Shown here: positions 9,290 through 19,223 of the stretch, piece after piece
How positions within the stretch are numbered: the stretch's first letter is position 1
Layout of the letters: each line of letters begins with the position of its first letter
Source: an uncultured Candidatus Rokubacteria bacterium
GTDB lineage: Bacteria > Methylomirabilota > Methylomirabilia > Rokubacteriales > CSP1-6
Direction: 5' to 3'
NCBI GenBank assembly: GCA_963754315.1
Contig: CAVWFS010000009.1
Span: 1-64,000, forward strand
DNA: 64,000 nt
Translations under genes and position numbers: made by a program
The notes under the pieces: model-generated
The model's input: only the letters and a program-made list of their open reading frames with translations
The model's database searches: none
What the model was told of the DNA's origin: nothing

Positions 9290-10212
9290 GAGCTTACCAG
9301 CTCCACCCGTCGGTAGACGAAACGAACATAGAGGAGGGCCAGGGCGCCGATGATCAGGGTGAGCACCCAGGCGGAGGCGGCGCCGAGTCCGACGTTGAAC
9401 GGTGGCTGGAACGACACCTTGTACGTGTACCAGGCGGCCACCCAGGTGTCGTTGCCAGGTCCGCCCTGGGTGATGGCCAGGATCTCGTCGAACACCATGA
9501 AGCCGAACGTGGTCCGGAGGATCAGCGTGACCGTGATGATCGGGCGCAGCAGGGGCAGGGTCACGTTCCAGAACGCTGACCACGGAGAGGCACCGTCCAC
9601 CTCGGCCGCCTCGTACAGCTCGCGCGGGATGCCCTGCAGCGCCGCGTGATAGAGGAGGATGTTGAACGGCGTGGTCCGCCACACGTAGGCGACGATCACG
9701 GCCGCCATGGCGCCGCCCGGACGGCCGAGCCAGTTGACGTAGCTCTCGATGAGGCCGAGGGCCGACAGGGTGCGGTTGAGGTAGCCGTACTGGGCATTGA
9801 AGATGAACGACCAGAGCAACCCGTTCACGACAGGGGGCACCGCCCACGGGACGAGGATCAAGACGCGGGTGATGCGCGAGATCCACACGCGCTCCTCGCT
9901 GACGATGAGGGCAATGACGAGCGCAATCACGACCTCGAGGACGACGCAGGCGGCCACGAAGGCGAAGGTGTGGCGCAGGGAGAGCCAGAACACGTCGTCC
10001 CGGAAGAGTCGCGCAAAGTTCGCCAGCCCCACGAAGGGAAACTCACCGGTCCGGAGCTGGCGCAGGCTCACTTCGTGGAGGGAAAGATAGCCCGCGTACA
10101 GGATCGGGTAGGCAAGGACGAGCGTCAGGCCCACCAGGGACGGCGCGTTCATGAGAACGGCCAGCCGTGATGCCGACAGTTCGCCGCTTCGGAGGGCCGG
10201 ACCCGGACTCAC
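9286..10212 (-). CDS. carbohydrate ABC transporter permease (MalF-like)
   Basis: FVGLANF, VPWAVPPVV, AALQGIPRELYEAAEVDGAS, TQGGPG. Confidence 0.92.
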   Translation of the reverse strand: MSPGPALRSGELSASRLAVLMNAPSLVGLTLVLAYPILYAGYLSLHEVSLRQLRTGEFPFVGLANFARLFRDDVFWLSLRHTFAFVAACVVLEVVIALVIALIVSEERVWISRITRVLILVPWAVPPVVNGLLWSFIFNAQYGYLNRTLSALGLIESYVNWLGRPGGAMAAVIVAYVWRTTPFNILLYHAALQGIPRELYEAAEVDGASPWSAFWNVTLPLLRPIITVTLILRTTFGFMVFDEILAITQGGPGNDTWVAAWYTYKVSFQPPFNVGLGAASAWVLTLIIGALALLYVRFVYRRVELVSS

Positions 10213-10243
10213 CGCGAGATCGGTGTCCTCCGGCGGCCGCGGG

Positions 10244-11599
10244 TCAGGCGCTCTTGGCCTTGGCGATGGCGGCGACCATGTTGTCGCACGCCTGGTCTGC
10301 CGTGATCTTGCCCTGCAGGCATGCCGTCAGCTCGACGTTCATGGCATCGCTCCAGCGCGGATACCATTTCTGGGAGACGGCCGGCACCGCGTCGGCGAAG
10401 TTCGAGGCTCGCTTCCAGATGTCCAGAATGGTCGGTACGTCGCCCCACTTCGCCCAGCCCTTCCTCAAGAGCTCGCTCTCCATCACCGACTGGTAGCCGC
10501 TGCCGAGCATGGCATCGGTGGCCAAGCGGTTGGCCTGGGTGTACTGGCCATCCTTGGTGCGTCCGCCCAGATACTGGAGGAGCTTCCACGCCCACTCCTT
10601 GTTCTTGGTGGCGCCCGTGAGGATGTAGAGCATGGTGTAGCCGATGGTCTTGCCGTCACCCGGATGGCCGACTACCTTGCCCTTGCCGGCAATGGGCGAG
10701 TTGGCGGGATCGTTCACGAGGCTGATGTAGTAGTGGTGCAAGGTGCCGAGGTAGATGTGCTGGCCGGCGTTGAACGCCTTCACGGCCGGGATGAAGCGGA
10801 GGTTGAGCGAGTTGGGATCGGCCAGCTCTTCCTTGAACGTGTTCTGCCACCACTTGAGCGTCTCGCGCGCGATGGAGCCGGGCCCGAGCTGGGGCGCGAG
10901 CTGCTTGTCGAAGATCACGCCGCCGCGGTTCACGGTCATGCTGAACCAGGTCGCGGGGAGCTGTTCGAAGCCGGCGCCGGCCACCCAGAGGATCGGGTAC
11001 TTGCAGACCCCGTCCTTCTTGGCCTTGCGGCACTGCTCGAGCAGCTCCGGATAGCCCTTGAAGGGCTTGTCCTTGAAGCCGGCCTTGCCCAGCAGCTCGT
11101 CGTTATAGATGAACACCCACACCGTCGAGAAGTAGGGGAGGCCCCACGTCTTGCCGTCGCGCTGGGCTATGGCTCTCGTGAACGGCGTGAAGTCCTTGAT
11201 GTACTGATCGACTCCCGGCAGCCCGTCGATGGGGGCGGCGATCCCCTGGTCGATGTAGCTGGCCAGGTACTGGATGGGCGACTGCGACACGTCCACGGTA
11301 TCGCCGGCCGCGTACATGGCCGTGAGCTTGGCCACCTGCGGCTCGACGTTCGGCTCGATGATCTGGTTGACCTTGACCGCCCAATCCTGCTCGAATTGCT
11401 TCGCGATTTGCTCGTAGATCTTGCCGTACTGCCAGACCACGAAGGTGACGCTCGAGGGGTTGCCCGCCGGACGGGTCGCCCACGGCCCCGTCTGGGCGCC
11501 GAGGGTGCGCGGCACCATGATCGAGACCGCCGCCGCAGCTGACGCGCCGAGGAAGTGACGGCGATCGAGCTGGCTGATCGAGACGTGACATCTGGCCAT
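10244..11599 (-). CDS. extracellular solute-binding protein (sugar family) with Tat signal
   Basis: DRRHFLG Tat motif; DGKTWGLPY, YNDELL, KNKEWAWKLLQYL; upstream of two permeases. Confidence 0.88.
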   Translation of the reverse strand: MARCHVSISQLDRRHFLGASAAAAVSIMVPRTLGAQTGPWATRPAGNPSSVTFVVWQYGKIYEQIAKQFEQDWAVKVNQIIEPNVEPQVAKLTAMYAAGDTVDVSQSPIQYLASYIDQGIAAPIDGLPGVDQYIKDFTPFTRAIAQRDGKTWGLPYFSTVWVFIYNDELLGKAGFKDKPFKGYPELLEQCRKAKKDGVCKYPILWVAGAGFEQLPATWFSMTVNRGGVIFDKQLAPQLGPGSIARETLKWWQNTFKEELADPNSLNLRFIPAVKAFNAGQHIYLGTLHHYYISLVNDPANSPIAGKGKVVGHPGDGKTIGYTMLYILTGATKNKEWAWKLLQYLGGRTKDGQYTQANRLATDAMLGSGYQSVMESELLRKGWAKWGDVPTILDIWKRASNFADAVPAVSQKWYPRWSDAMNVELTACLQGKITADQACDNMVAAIAKAKSA

Positions 11600-11625
11600 G
11601 ACGTTCCTCCCGTGGGTCCTCCGCC

Positions 11626-12028
11626 TCAGCGTGGCGGGGGCCCGCCGGCGGGCGCTGGGGTGGGATTCAAGAGATTTCGGGGTCTCTGGCCAGAGGGGGT
11701 CGGACGCTGCCTCGCTACGCTGGGCGGTGGCGGTCGCGATCCGGCCAGTCGGACCTCGACGTCGCTGCCGCCCGACGTGAGGACGACCCGGTCCCTGAGA
11801 ATCTTTGTCAGGCGAGTGTGGCCAATCTCCGCACCGAGCTCGTAAATCTCTTGCTCATGAGTCGTCGGATCTTCCAGGATCGCCATGGGCTCGCCACCTT
11901 CCGGCATGATCACGCCGACGAGCAAGGGCGCAGGCGCGGGGAGGAGCCGGTGGCTCGGCGGCGGCGGGCACCGCGGTGAGAAGACACCAGAGAAGGCCGG
12001 GGATGACGGGCGGTAGGGTCTTGGCCAT
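11626..12028 (-). CDS. exported protein with GspC/PilP-like beta domain, probable frameshift near 11925
   Basis: Signal peptide MAKTLPPVIPGLLWCLLTAVPAAA then LVGVIMPEGGEPMAILEDPTTHEQEIYELGAEIGHTRLTKILRDRVVL. Confidence 0.5.
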
Positions 12029-12156
12029 GCGATGGCTCACAACCTCCGGCGCGGCCGGTCGAGGAGGCGCGATGTCTTTCACATTGAGGGCCGGCGTCGC
12101 TGAGTGTACCAGGCCCCGCCTCGCAAGGGCATGAGCATCGCTCGGGTTCGTCGTGC

Positions 12157-12327
12157 GTGATCAGGAGCGCCCCTGACCTCCACGACTACGTGAGCACCTG
12201 GGTCGCGCTCAAGCGTCGGGACGGCGTCGCCCGCCACCTGTACGACTTCTGGATCCTCGGTCGCGGCGCCGAATCCACCGAACCGCGCTGGTCGGTAGTC
12301 CGCGACGTCCTGGGTTGGATCGACTAG
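12157..12327 (+). pseudogene. C-terminal remnant of a cation:dicarboxylate symporter / solute-binding fusion
   Basis: Manual translation ...PDLHDYVSTWVALKRRDGVARHLYDFWILGRGAESTEPRWSVVRDVLGWID*; no upstream body of the gene. Confidence 0.55.
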
Positions 12328-12400
12328 GGAGTGAGCAGGGCGACCACTCTGAATCTTCGAATAGTGGCGCCTTCTTACCGCGGATGTAGTGATGAGCTGC

Positions 12401-13762
12401 TTAAAGAGCTGTCTCACCCCGGTGGCCGGCGGCCAGCGGGTGCAAGACGTCGATCGCCCAGCCTACGTCCAGGGGTTCCCCCAGCCAGCCGGCGCAGGTC
12501 GTGCGCGCATGAAGATGAAGCCCCTGAGCGACGTGTCTCGTCTGGAGAACCTGCACCGGATCGGCGGGCACGGGGGCCGGCGGCGGCACCTCGGGCAGAG
12601 GGCGACCATCGGGCCGGCGGAATTGGAGCGTGCCGTCTGGGTCTCGATCGACCTGGTAGCCCTCCTCGTGGACGGCGCGGTGATGGCGGCGGCAGAGCAG
12701 GGCGAGGTTCGAGAGCGTGGTCGGGCCGCCTTGCGCCCAGTGACGGAGATGATGCCCCTGGGTGAAGCGTCCGTCGCAGCCCGGAAACCGGCAGCCGCGG
12801 TCCCGAGCGTGAAGCGCTCGGCGCAGCGCCGGCGGAATCGTCCGCGTCCGGGCGCCGACTTCCAGTAAGCGCCCCTCGTCGTCATGCCGCATGACCACGC
12901 GGCTGGCGTCGCACGCCAGCCGGCGGGACGTTTCCGCGGGAACGTGCACGCCGTCTTCGAGGACGGACTGGCCGGGCTGCTCGGGGTCGGCCAGCACCGG
13001 CGCATCGACGTGGACCACGACCTGGTAGCGTTCGCCGGGGGCTCCGGGATCGAGCCCGTGGTGGAGAGCGGTTTCTGCGAGCAGCGCCAGCGCGTCCGCC
13101 TGCTGCTGGGCCATGGTCGGGGGCTCTGCCGCCGGGTCAGCCGGGGGTGCGATCGCCACCTCGGCTCGTGAGCGCTGATACAGCGTCTCGCGCGCGGCAG
13201 CGAGCGCGCGCAGCAGGAGCGCTCCCACTTCCGGTTCCAGCCGGCCCCGGAGCACGACCATGCCGTCCTCTTCCTGAGACACGTGCAGGGCCCGGCTTAC
13301 GTGTCGCTGTGCGGTCTCGCGCGCTTCGGCTCGCCGGTCCACGCGTCGCCAGCCCCGCACGATCCGCTCGACGTGGTCGGCCGTGCCGGCGCGGCCCACC
13401 GCCAGGAGACGGTCCTCGGTCTCGGGTGTGGCCACGCGGGTCAGGGCGCGGACCTTGGCGTACGAGAGTTCACCGCGCGCGAGCGCCTGGGCCAGGCGCG
13501 GGAGCGTTGCCAGGGCGCGGGCGACGCGAACGCGCTCGCGGGCCGCCCCCAGGTCGAGCCCCACGCGCCAGCTGAGCCAGGCGGCGCAGGAGCGAAAGCC
13601 GGTGTTCCAGCCCCCGCGGGTGTCGAACTCACGGATGAGATCGAGGAGGCGTGCGGTGGCGGCCTCGAGGTGCGCCGATAGTTCGGCGATCTCGTCGCCG
13701 AGCCGGTCCAGCTCCGCGGCAGGGTCAGGGAGAACGTGGATGTGGGGGGAATGGATCTGCAT
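12401..13762 (-). CDS. DUF222-domain HNH endonuclease
   Basis: SCAAWLSWR...ARERVRVARAL...GELSYAKVRALTR (DUF222); RDRGCRFPGC...HHLRHWAQGGPTTLSNLALLCRRHH (HNH). Confidence 0.9.
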   Translation of the reverse strand: MQIHSPHIHVLPDPAAELDRLGDEIAELSAHLEAATARLLDLIREFDTRGGWNTGFRSCAAWLSWRVGLDLGAARERVRVARALATLPRLAQALARGELSYAKVRALTRVATPETEDRLLAVGRAGTADHVERIVRGWRRVDRRAEARETAQRHVSRALHVSQEEDGMVVLRGRLEPEVGALLLRALAAARETLYQRSRAEVAIAPPADPAAEPPTMAQQQADALALLAETALHHGLDPGAPGERYQVVVHVDAPVLADPEQPGQSVLEDGVHVPAETSRRLACDASRVVMRHDDEGRLLEVGARTRTIPPALRRALHARDRGCRFPGCDGRFTQGHHLRHWAQGGPTTLSNLALLCRRHHRAVHEEGYQVDRDPDGTLQFRRPDGRPLPEVPPPAPVPADPVQVLQTRHVAQGLHLHARTTCAGWLGEPLDVGWAIDVLHPLAAGHRGETAL

Positions 13763-14068
13763 GGCACGGGCCCCTTTCTTCTGGGCCGACTGTACACCTG
13801 CAATTCGGAGCCACCCGCGCGCCTCCACGACCGATGATTCCAGGGCGAGAAATGATTTTCGATCCCTTCCACCTCCGGCCACCCTCCGCCGCGCCTCTCC
13901 GAACCGCTAGGCCGGCCTCTGGCGGGCATCGCCGACAGCTCGCTGTTCGCGCTGGCCGAGGCTGTCAAGCGGAAATTGCGATCGGGTCTGGCGCAACGTG
14001 ATCTTCTGAGCACGCGCGATTGCGAGAGACTACCAATGCCGGCGAAGCCGAGCCACAATGAGTGATCG

Positions 14069-14695
14069 ATGAGACAACTCGTGCTCTCGGGTTGCCGCCT
14101 GGCGTCGCCTTGTGCCTATCGCGGAGCACTCGTTGCTCACTGGGCCCTTCTGTGCGCCATCCTTGCCGCGGGGTGCATGGCGGGCGCCGGCTATGCGCAG
14201 GAGTCCGGCGGCGCGCCGGCGGTGCTGCGCACGCCCGACGTGCGTTACGAGCCCTCGGAGATGGACGTGGTGCAGGCCATGCTGCGGCTGGCCGACGTGA
14301 AGCCTGGCGACGTGGTGTACGACCTGGGCTGCGGTGACGGGCGCATCGTCATCGCGGCGGTCCGCCAGGCCAACGCGCGCGGCGTCTGCGTGGACATCGA
14401 TCCGCGGCGCATTGCCGAAAGCCGGGAGAACGCCCGGCTGGCCGGCGTCAGTGACCGCATCCAGTTCCTGAACCAGGACCTGCTGGCCACGGACATCAGC
14501 AGCGCCACGGTCGTGATGCTGTTCCTGTCGGGCCAGCTGAACCTCAAGGTTCGTCCCAAGCTGCTGCGCGAGCTCAAGCCCGGTACCCGAATCGTCTCGC
14601 ATTGGCACGACATGGGCGACTGGACGCCCCAGCAGACTGAGCAAGTCACAAGCGGCGGCCGCGAGCGTCCGATCTACCGCTGGACGATCCCCTGA
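14069..14695 (+). CDS. class I SAM-dependent methyltransferase with signal-like N-terminus
   Basis: VVYDLGCGDGRIV, VDIDP, LRELKPGTRIVSH; true start may lie further downstream. Confidence 0.85.
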   Translation: MRQLVLSGCRLASPCAYRGALVAHWALLCAILAAGCMAGAGYAQESGGAPAVLRTPDVRYEPSEMDVVQAMLRLADVKPGDVVYDLGCGDGRIVIAAVRQANARGVCVDIDPRRIAESRENARLAGVSDRIQFLNQDLLATDISSATVVMLFLSGQLNLKVRPKLLRELKPGTRIVSHWHDMGDWTPQQTEQVTSGGRERPIYRWTIP

Positions 14696-14913
14696 AGCAG
14701 AAGTGATTGACAAGGGGAAACCTCGTGGGCCGGGCGGTGATCGATCGCCATACTCAGGTCCGAGACCTCGCGCAGGCCGCGCGGAGTTGGCCGAGACGAC
14801 GGCGACCGGTCAAGGCTCATTGAGGGCCGCCCGAGGAGCGACGCACTGTCTCCGATCGGAGACTCTTGCGGAGAGTGAGCGCGGCTCGTAGCATCAGCAG
14901 TGAGGGCACGCGA

Positions 14914-15105
14914 ATGACGCTCGAAGGGCTCTCCTGGATCGTGATCGCCAACGGGTTGGTACAGCTCGCGGGACTGATCTTGATGATCAGAAACCACCGC
15001 GAGATCGTTCGGATGACGCGCGGGCTGGCCGGCCTCGTCTACCAGGAGAGCGAAAAGACGCGGGCGCGGCTCGACGAGCTGCTCGGTCCTGCCTCGCGCC
15101 GCTAA
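14914..15105 (+). CDS. small single-TM hypothetical protein
   Basis: GAGGG RBS; MTLEGLSWIVIANGLVQLAGLILMI followed by an amphipathic helix. Confidence 0.5.
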   Translation: MTLEGLSWIVIANGLVQLAGLILMIRNHREIVRMTRGLAGLVYQESEKTRARLDELLGPASRR

Positions 15106-15209
15106 CGCGTGGTGCGCCGTCCGGCGCAGCCATCGCGTACGCCTGGGTGGCGCCCACCGCAGGCGCCCGCAGCCGCTGATTGGACGGGCGGCCTGACACT
15201 GCCGACCCG

Positions 15210-15983
15210 TCAGTGGCTCATCCCGTGGCCGCCGTCGATGTAGATGGTCTCACCGGTCAGGTAGCCGATGCGTTCGGTGAACAGGGCGGCCACCAGACGC
15301 GCTACCTCGGCGGCCGTTCCCGTGCGCCCGACGGGGATGCGCTTGGCCATGAATGCTTTCACCTCGGCGCGGGCAAGGAACTCGCGGTTGAAGTCGGTCT
15401 CCACGTAGCCGGGGGCGACGTTCACCACACTGATCTGCTTGGCCGCCCATTCGACCGCCAGACAGCGCGTCATCGCTCCCACCGCCGCCTTGGCCGCCGA
15501 GTACGCGAGGTGCAAGGGAACGCCCATCTTGTCGAAGAACGAGCCGAGGTTGACGATGAGGCCGCCGCCCCGCTGGACCAGATGTGGGTACGCCGCCCGA
15601 CACACGGCAAAGACACCGAGGACGTCGGTGCGCAGCACGGTCTCGAATTCGGCCTGGGTGAGTCGCTCGCTCGGACCCTTGTGATAGATGCCGGCGTTGT
15701 TGACGATGCCCACGAGTCCCTCCGGCCGTTCTGCCAGGGCGCCGAGGGCGGCCACGATCTGAGACTCCTCGGTCACGTCGCAGACGAGAGGGATCAGCCG
15801 CCTGGCAAGGGTCGCTTCCAGGGCGCCGTCCTCCGGACCGCGACCCTGGCGGGAGAGGCAGCCGACGGTGAAGCCGCGGCGGGCCAGCTCGAGCGCGATG
15901 GCCGAGCCGATCCCGCGGCTAGCGCCGGTGACGGCAATGATCCCGGGGGCCGCCCCTCGACAACCCGCTTCGTTCATCGTCAT
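15210..15983 (-). CDS. SDR family oxidoreductase
   Basis: VTGASRGIG, VNNAG, YSAAK, NVAPGYVET, DGG. Confidence 0.92.
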   Translation of the reverse strand: MTMNEAGCRGAAPGIIAVTGASRGIGSAIALELARRGFTVGCLSRQGRGPEDGALEATLARRLIPLVCDVTEESQIVAALGALAERPEGLVGIVNNAGIYHKGPSERLTQAEFETVLRTDVLGVFAVCRAAYPHLVQRGGGLIVNLGSFFDKMGVPLHLAYSAAKAAVGAMTRCLAVEWAAKQISVVNVAPGYVETDFNREFLARAEVKAFMAKRIPVGRTGTAAEVARLVAALFTERIGYLTGETIYIDGGHGMSH

Positions 15984-16750
15984 CAGCGATCCTCGAAACG
16001 CGGCGGGCGCTTCTCCAGGAACGCCGTCGTGCCTTCGGTGGCGTCGTGCATCTGGAAGGCGAGAGTCGAGAGATCTGCCTCGATCGTCAGCCCCTCGCCG
16101 AGCGTGGTGGTGAGCGCGCGCTGCACGGCCTCGCGGGCGAACCCGAGCGCGGGCAGGCTGAATCGTGTGAACTCGCGCGCGAAGGCCATGGCGGCGGCGA
16201 GGGGATCGCCGGCAAGCACGCGGGTGACGAGGCCGATGCGCAGCGCTTCTTCCGCATCGATGGCACGTCCGGTCAGGATGAGCTCGAGGGCTCGGGCCTC
16301 GCCGATCAGCCGGGGAAGACGCTGCGTGCCTCCGTAGCCGGGGATCACGCCAAGCTTGATCTCGGGCAGCCCCATCCTCGCGTTCGTGGTGGCCACGCGA
16401 AAGGTGCAGGCCATCGCCAGCTCGAGCCCACCGCCGAACGCGTAACCGTTGATGATGGCGACCGAGGCCAGCGGATAGCGATCCAGCCGACGGAAGAGCG
16501 CCTGTCCCCGCTCGGCGTCATGCTTCACGCGAGGGACGGTGCGGCCGCGGAGCTCTGCGATGTCGGCGCCAGCGCAGAACGCCCGCTCGCCGGCACCGGT
16601 GATCAGGAGCGCGCGTGCCCCGCTGGTCGCGCCCCAGTCGAAGGCTGCGGCAAGCTCGTCCAGCAGTGTCCCGTTCAGGGCGTTCAGGGCCTCGGGACGG
16701 TTGAGGGTCAGGAGCGCGAATTCTTCGACCTCGTGTCGCTCGACGAGCAT
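15983..16750 (-). CDS. enoyl-CoA hydratase/isomerase (BadK-like by context)
   Basis: Start MLVERHE; LNRPEALNAL, AFCAGADI, GGGLELA, PEIKLGVIPGYGGTQRLPRL. Confidence 0.9.
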   Translation of the reverse strand: MLVERHEVEEFALLTLNRPEALNALNGTLLDELAAAFDWGATSGARALLITGAGERAFCAGADIAELRGRTVPRVKHDAERGQALFRRLDRYPLASVAIINGYAFGGGLELAMACTFRVATTNARMGLPEIKLGVIPGYGGTQRLPRLIGEARALELILTGRAIDAEEALRIGLVTRVLAGDPLAAAMAFAREFTRFSLPALGFAREAVQRALTTTLGEGLTIEADLSTLAFQMHDATEGTTAFLEKRPPRFEDR

Positions 16751-16758
16751 GCGTCTCC

Positions 16759-17556
16759 TCACATCATCGTGTAGCCGCCGCTCACCGAGAGCGTCTGGCC
16801 TGTGATGAAGGTCGCGGCGCCGGAAGCCAGAAAGACGACGGCGGGCGCCACGTCGTCCGCGCAGCCCAGCCGCCGCAGCGGATAGACCTTGGCGATCCGG
16901 GCTCGCATCTCCTCCGAGCCCCAGGCCTTGTTGGTTTCGGACGCCCACATGCTCAAGCCGCCGATCTCGTCGTCCGAATCGGGCATGGTCATGCCAGGGC
17001 ACACGACGTTGAGGCGGATGCCGAACCGCCCGACTTCGCGCGCCAGCGACTTGGTAAGGGCGATGACGCCAGCCTTGCAGGCGCCGTAGACGCCCTCGCG
17101 GAACTCGCCCATGCGACCGGCATCCGAGCCCATGCTGACGACGACCCCCGACTTGCGCGCGATCATGCCATCGAGCACCGCCCGCGTGCAGTTGATCATC
17201 CCCCACAGGTTGAGCTGGATCTCCTTCTCCCACTCCTCGCGCGTCTTCTCCACGAAGAGGCGGTCCTGCGTCCAGCCCACGTTGTTGACGAGGACGTCCA
17301 CCCGGCCGTGTCGTCCCTCGACGGCGCCGACCATGGCCCGGACGCTGTCCCACTTCGTGACATCGGTCCTCACGACCTGCGCCGAGGCCGCTCCCGCTCG
17401 CTCTGCCTCGCGCGCGACCTTCTCGCCCTGGCCTTCGTCGATCTCGGCGATGGTCAGGTGGGTCCCTTCGCGCGCAAAGGCGAGGCCGATGGCTCGACCG
17501 ATGTTCGAACCGCCCCCCGTGACGATCACGCTCTTGCCTTTCAGATCGAGCTCCAT
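16759..17556 (-). CDS. badH: SDR, 2-hydroxycyclohexanecarboxyl-CoA dehydrogenase-like
   Basis: VTGGGSNIG, VNNVGW, SDAGRMG...VYGACKAG, SVSGGYTM; adjacent to aliA/badI-like genes. Confidence 0.6.
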   Translation of the reverse strand: MELDLKGKSVIVTGGGSNIGRAIGLAFAREGTHLTIAEIDEGQGEKVAREAERAGAASAQVVRTDVTKWDSVRAMVGAVEGRHGRVDVLVNNVGWTQDRLFVEKTREEWEKEIQLNLWGMINCTRAVLDGMIARKSGVVVSMGSDAGRMGEFREGVYGACKAGVIALTKSLAREVGRFGIRLNVVCPGMTMPDSDDEIGGLSMWASETNKAWGSEEMRARIAKVYPLRRLGCADDVAPAVVFLASGAATFITGQTLSVSGGYTMM

Positions 17557-17576
17557 GGAAATCTCCTTGTCTCGGC

Positions 17577-19214
17577 TTACGACAGACCTGCGCTCTCCCG
17601 GGCGAGCTTGTCGGCCACCCACTGGCGCAGCCGGTACTTCTGGATCTTCCCGCTCGGCGTCATCGGAAACTCGGACACGATCTCGAGCCGCTCCGGGAAC
17701 TTGTGCTTGGCGATGCCTTGCGTGTCGAGATAGCCGGTCAGCTCGCCTAAGCTCGGTGGTTGTCCGGGCGCGGGAATCACGAACGCGCAGACCCGTTCCA
17801 CGAGGCGAGGGTCGGGCATGGCGACGATGGCGATGCCCTGCACCTTGGGATGCGCGAAGAGGAGGTTCTCGACTTCCGCCACCGGGATGTTTTCACCGCC
17901 GCGGATGATCAGGTCCTTGGTGCGCCCGGTGATGGCGAGGTAGCCGTCGCCGTCCAGCTTCGCCCGATCGCCGGTCTTGAACCATCCGTCCGCCGTGTGC
18001 GAGTCAGCCGTGTACTCGGGACGCTTGAAGTAGCCCGCGAACTGCGCGGCGCCACGCACCAGCAGATCCCCCTCGTCTCCGGCGCGCGCGTCGTGCCCTG
18101 TCTCGTCCACGACCCGCAGCTCCATGCCGGCGAGCGGGAAGCCGTCGCTCCCGAACACCTTCTCCTCGGGATCGTCGAGGCCGTTGCACGTGACGAGGCC
18201 GTTCTCACTCATGCCCCAGCCAGCGGAGATGGGGCAGCCGAGTCTGGCTCGCGCAGCGGGGACCAGGGGGCGGGGAATGGGAGCGCCAGCGGAGATGAAG
18301 ACACGCAGCGAGGAAAGGTCGTGGGCAGGCTCGGCATATGCCAGATCCCTCAGAAACGGCGTGGCCCCCATGCTGAAGGTGACGCGCTCGGCCTGGACGA
18401 GCCGGGCCGCGGCCGGCGCGCTCCAGATATCGAGCCAGACCGCCCGCGCCCCCAGGAGCAGGTTGAGGCAGAAGCCATAGAGATAGCCCGTCTGGTGGCC
18501 CAGGGTCGAGCCCATGAGGATCACGTCGCGCTCGGAGAACGCCAGGCGATCGATGACGGGATAGATGATCGACAGCACGGTGTTGTAGGCGTGCATGACG
18601 CCCTTGGGCTCGCCGGTGGTCCCGGACGTGAAGACGACCTCGTGCACGTGGCTGGGATCGGTGCCGGTCAACGGTCGTCGTCCCTGGCGGTCTTCCCACG
18701 CCTCCGTCGTCAGGAGGGAAAACGGCTTCATGTCCGACGGTGCTTGGCCCCGCGCCACGAACACATGCTCGAGACGCGGAAGATCGCCCCGCAGCGCGCG
18801 CGCCATCTGCGTGTAGTCGAAGCCCCGAAACTCGGCGGGAATGACGAGCACGCTCGTCTCCAGCAGGCCGAGCATGAAGCGCAGCTCGCTGGCCCGATAG
18901 GTAGGCGGGATGGGGTTGATGACGGCTCCCAGACGCTCGACGGCCAAGAAGACGAGGGCGAACTCGATCCAGTTGGGAAGCTGGCAGGAGACGACCGTCC
19001 CCTGTCCCACTCCATGGGCGGCGAGACCCTGGGCGACCCGGTCCACAGCACGGGCCAGCTCTTGCCACGTGAGGCGTCCCGCCGAGTCCACGAAAGCGAT
19101 CCGGTCGGGCCGCTGGGTCGCCCAGCGATCCAGATACGCGGTCAGGGTCTCGTTGCGCCAGTAGTTGCGTCGCGACTCCTCACGGATGCGCTCCTCGCCG
19201 AGGGCCAGGCGCAT
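17577..19214 (-). CDS. aliA: cyclohexanecarboxylate-CoA ligase-like acyl-CoA synthetase
   Basis: VVSCQLPNWIEF, FTSGTTGEPKG, HQTGYLYG, WGMSENG, KTGD, PSGKIQK. Confidence 0.7.
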   Translation of the reverse strand: MRLALGEERIREESRRNYWRNETLTAYLDRWATQRPDRIAFVDSAGRLTWQELARAVDRVAQGLAAHGVGQGTVVSCQLPNWIEFALVFLAVERLGAVINPIPPTYRASELRFMLGLLETSVLVIPAEFRGFDYTQMARALRGDLPRLEHVFVARGQAPSDMKPFSLLTTEAWEDRQGRRPLTGTDPSHVHEVVFTSGTTGEPKGVMHAYNTVLSIIYPVIDRLAFSERDVILMGSTLGHQTGYLYGFCLNLLLGARAVWLDIWSAPAAARLVQAERVTFSMGATPFLRDLAYAEPAHDLSSLRVFISAGAPIPRPLVPAARARLGCPISAGWGMSENGLVTCNGLDDPEEKVFGSDGFPLAGMELRVVDETGHDARAGDEGDLLVRGAAQFAGYFKRPEYTADSHTADGWFKTGDRAKLDGDGYLAITGRTKDLIIRGGENIPVAEVENLLFAHPKVQGIAIVAMPDPRLVERVCAFVIPAPGQPPSLGELTGYLDTQGIAKHKFPERLEIVSEFPMTPSGKIQKYRLRQWVADKLARESAGLS

Positions 19215-19223
19215 GGCGCGCTG

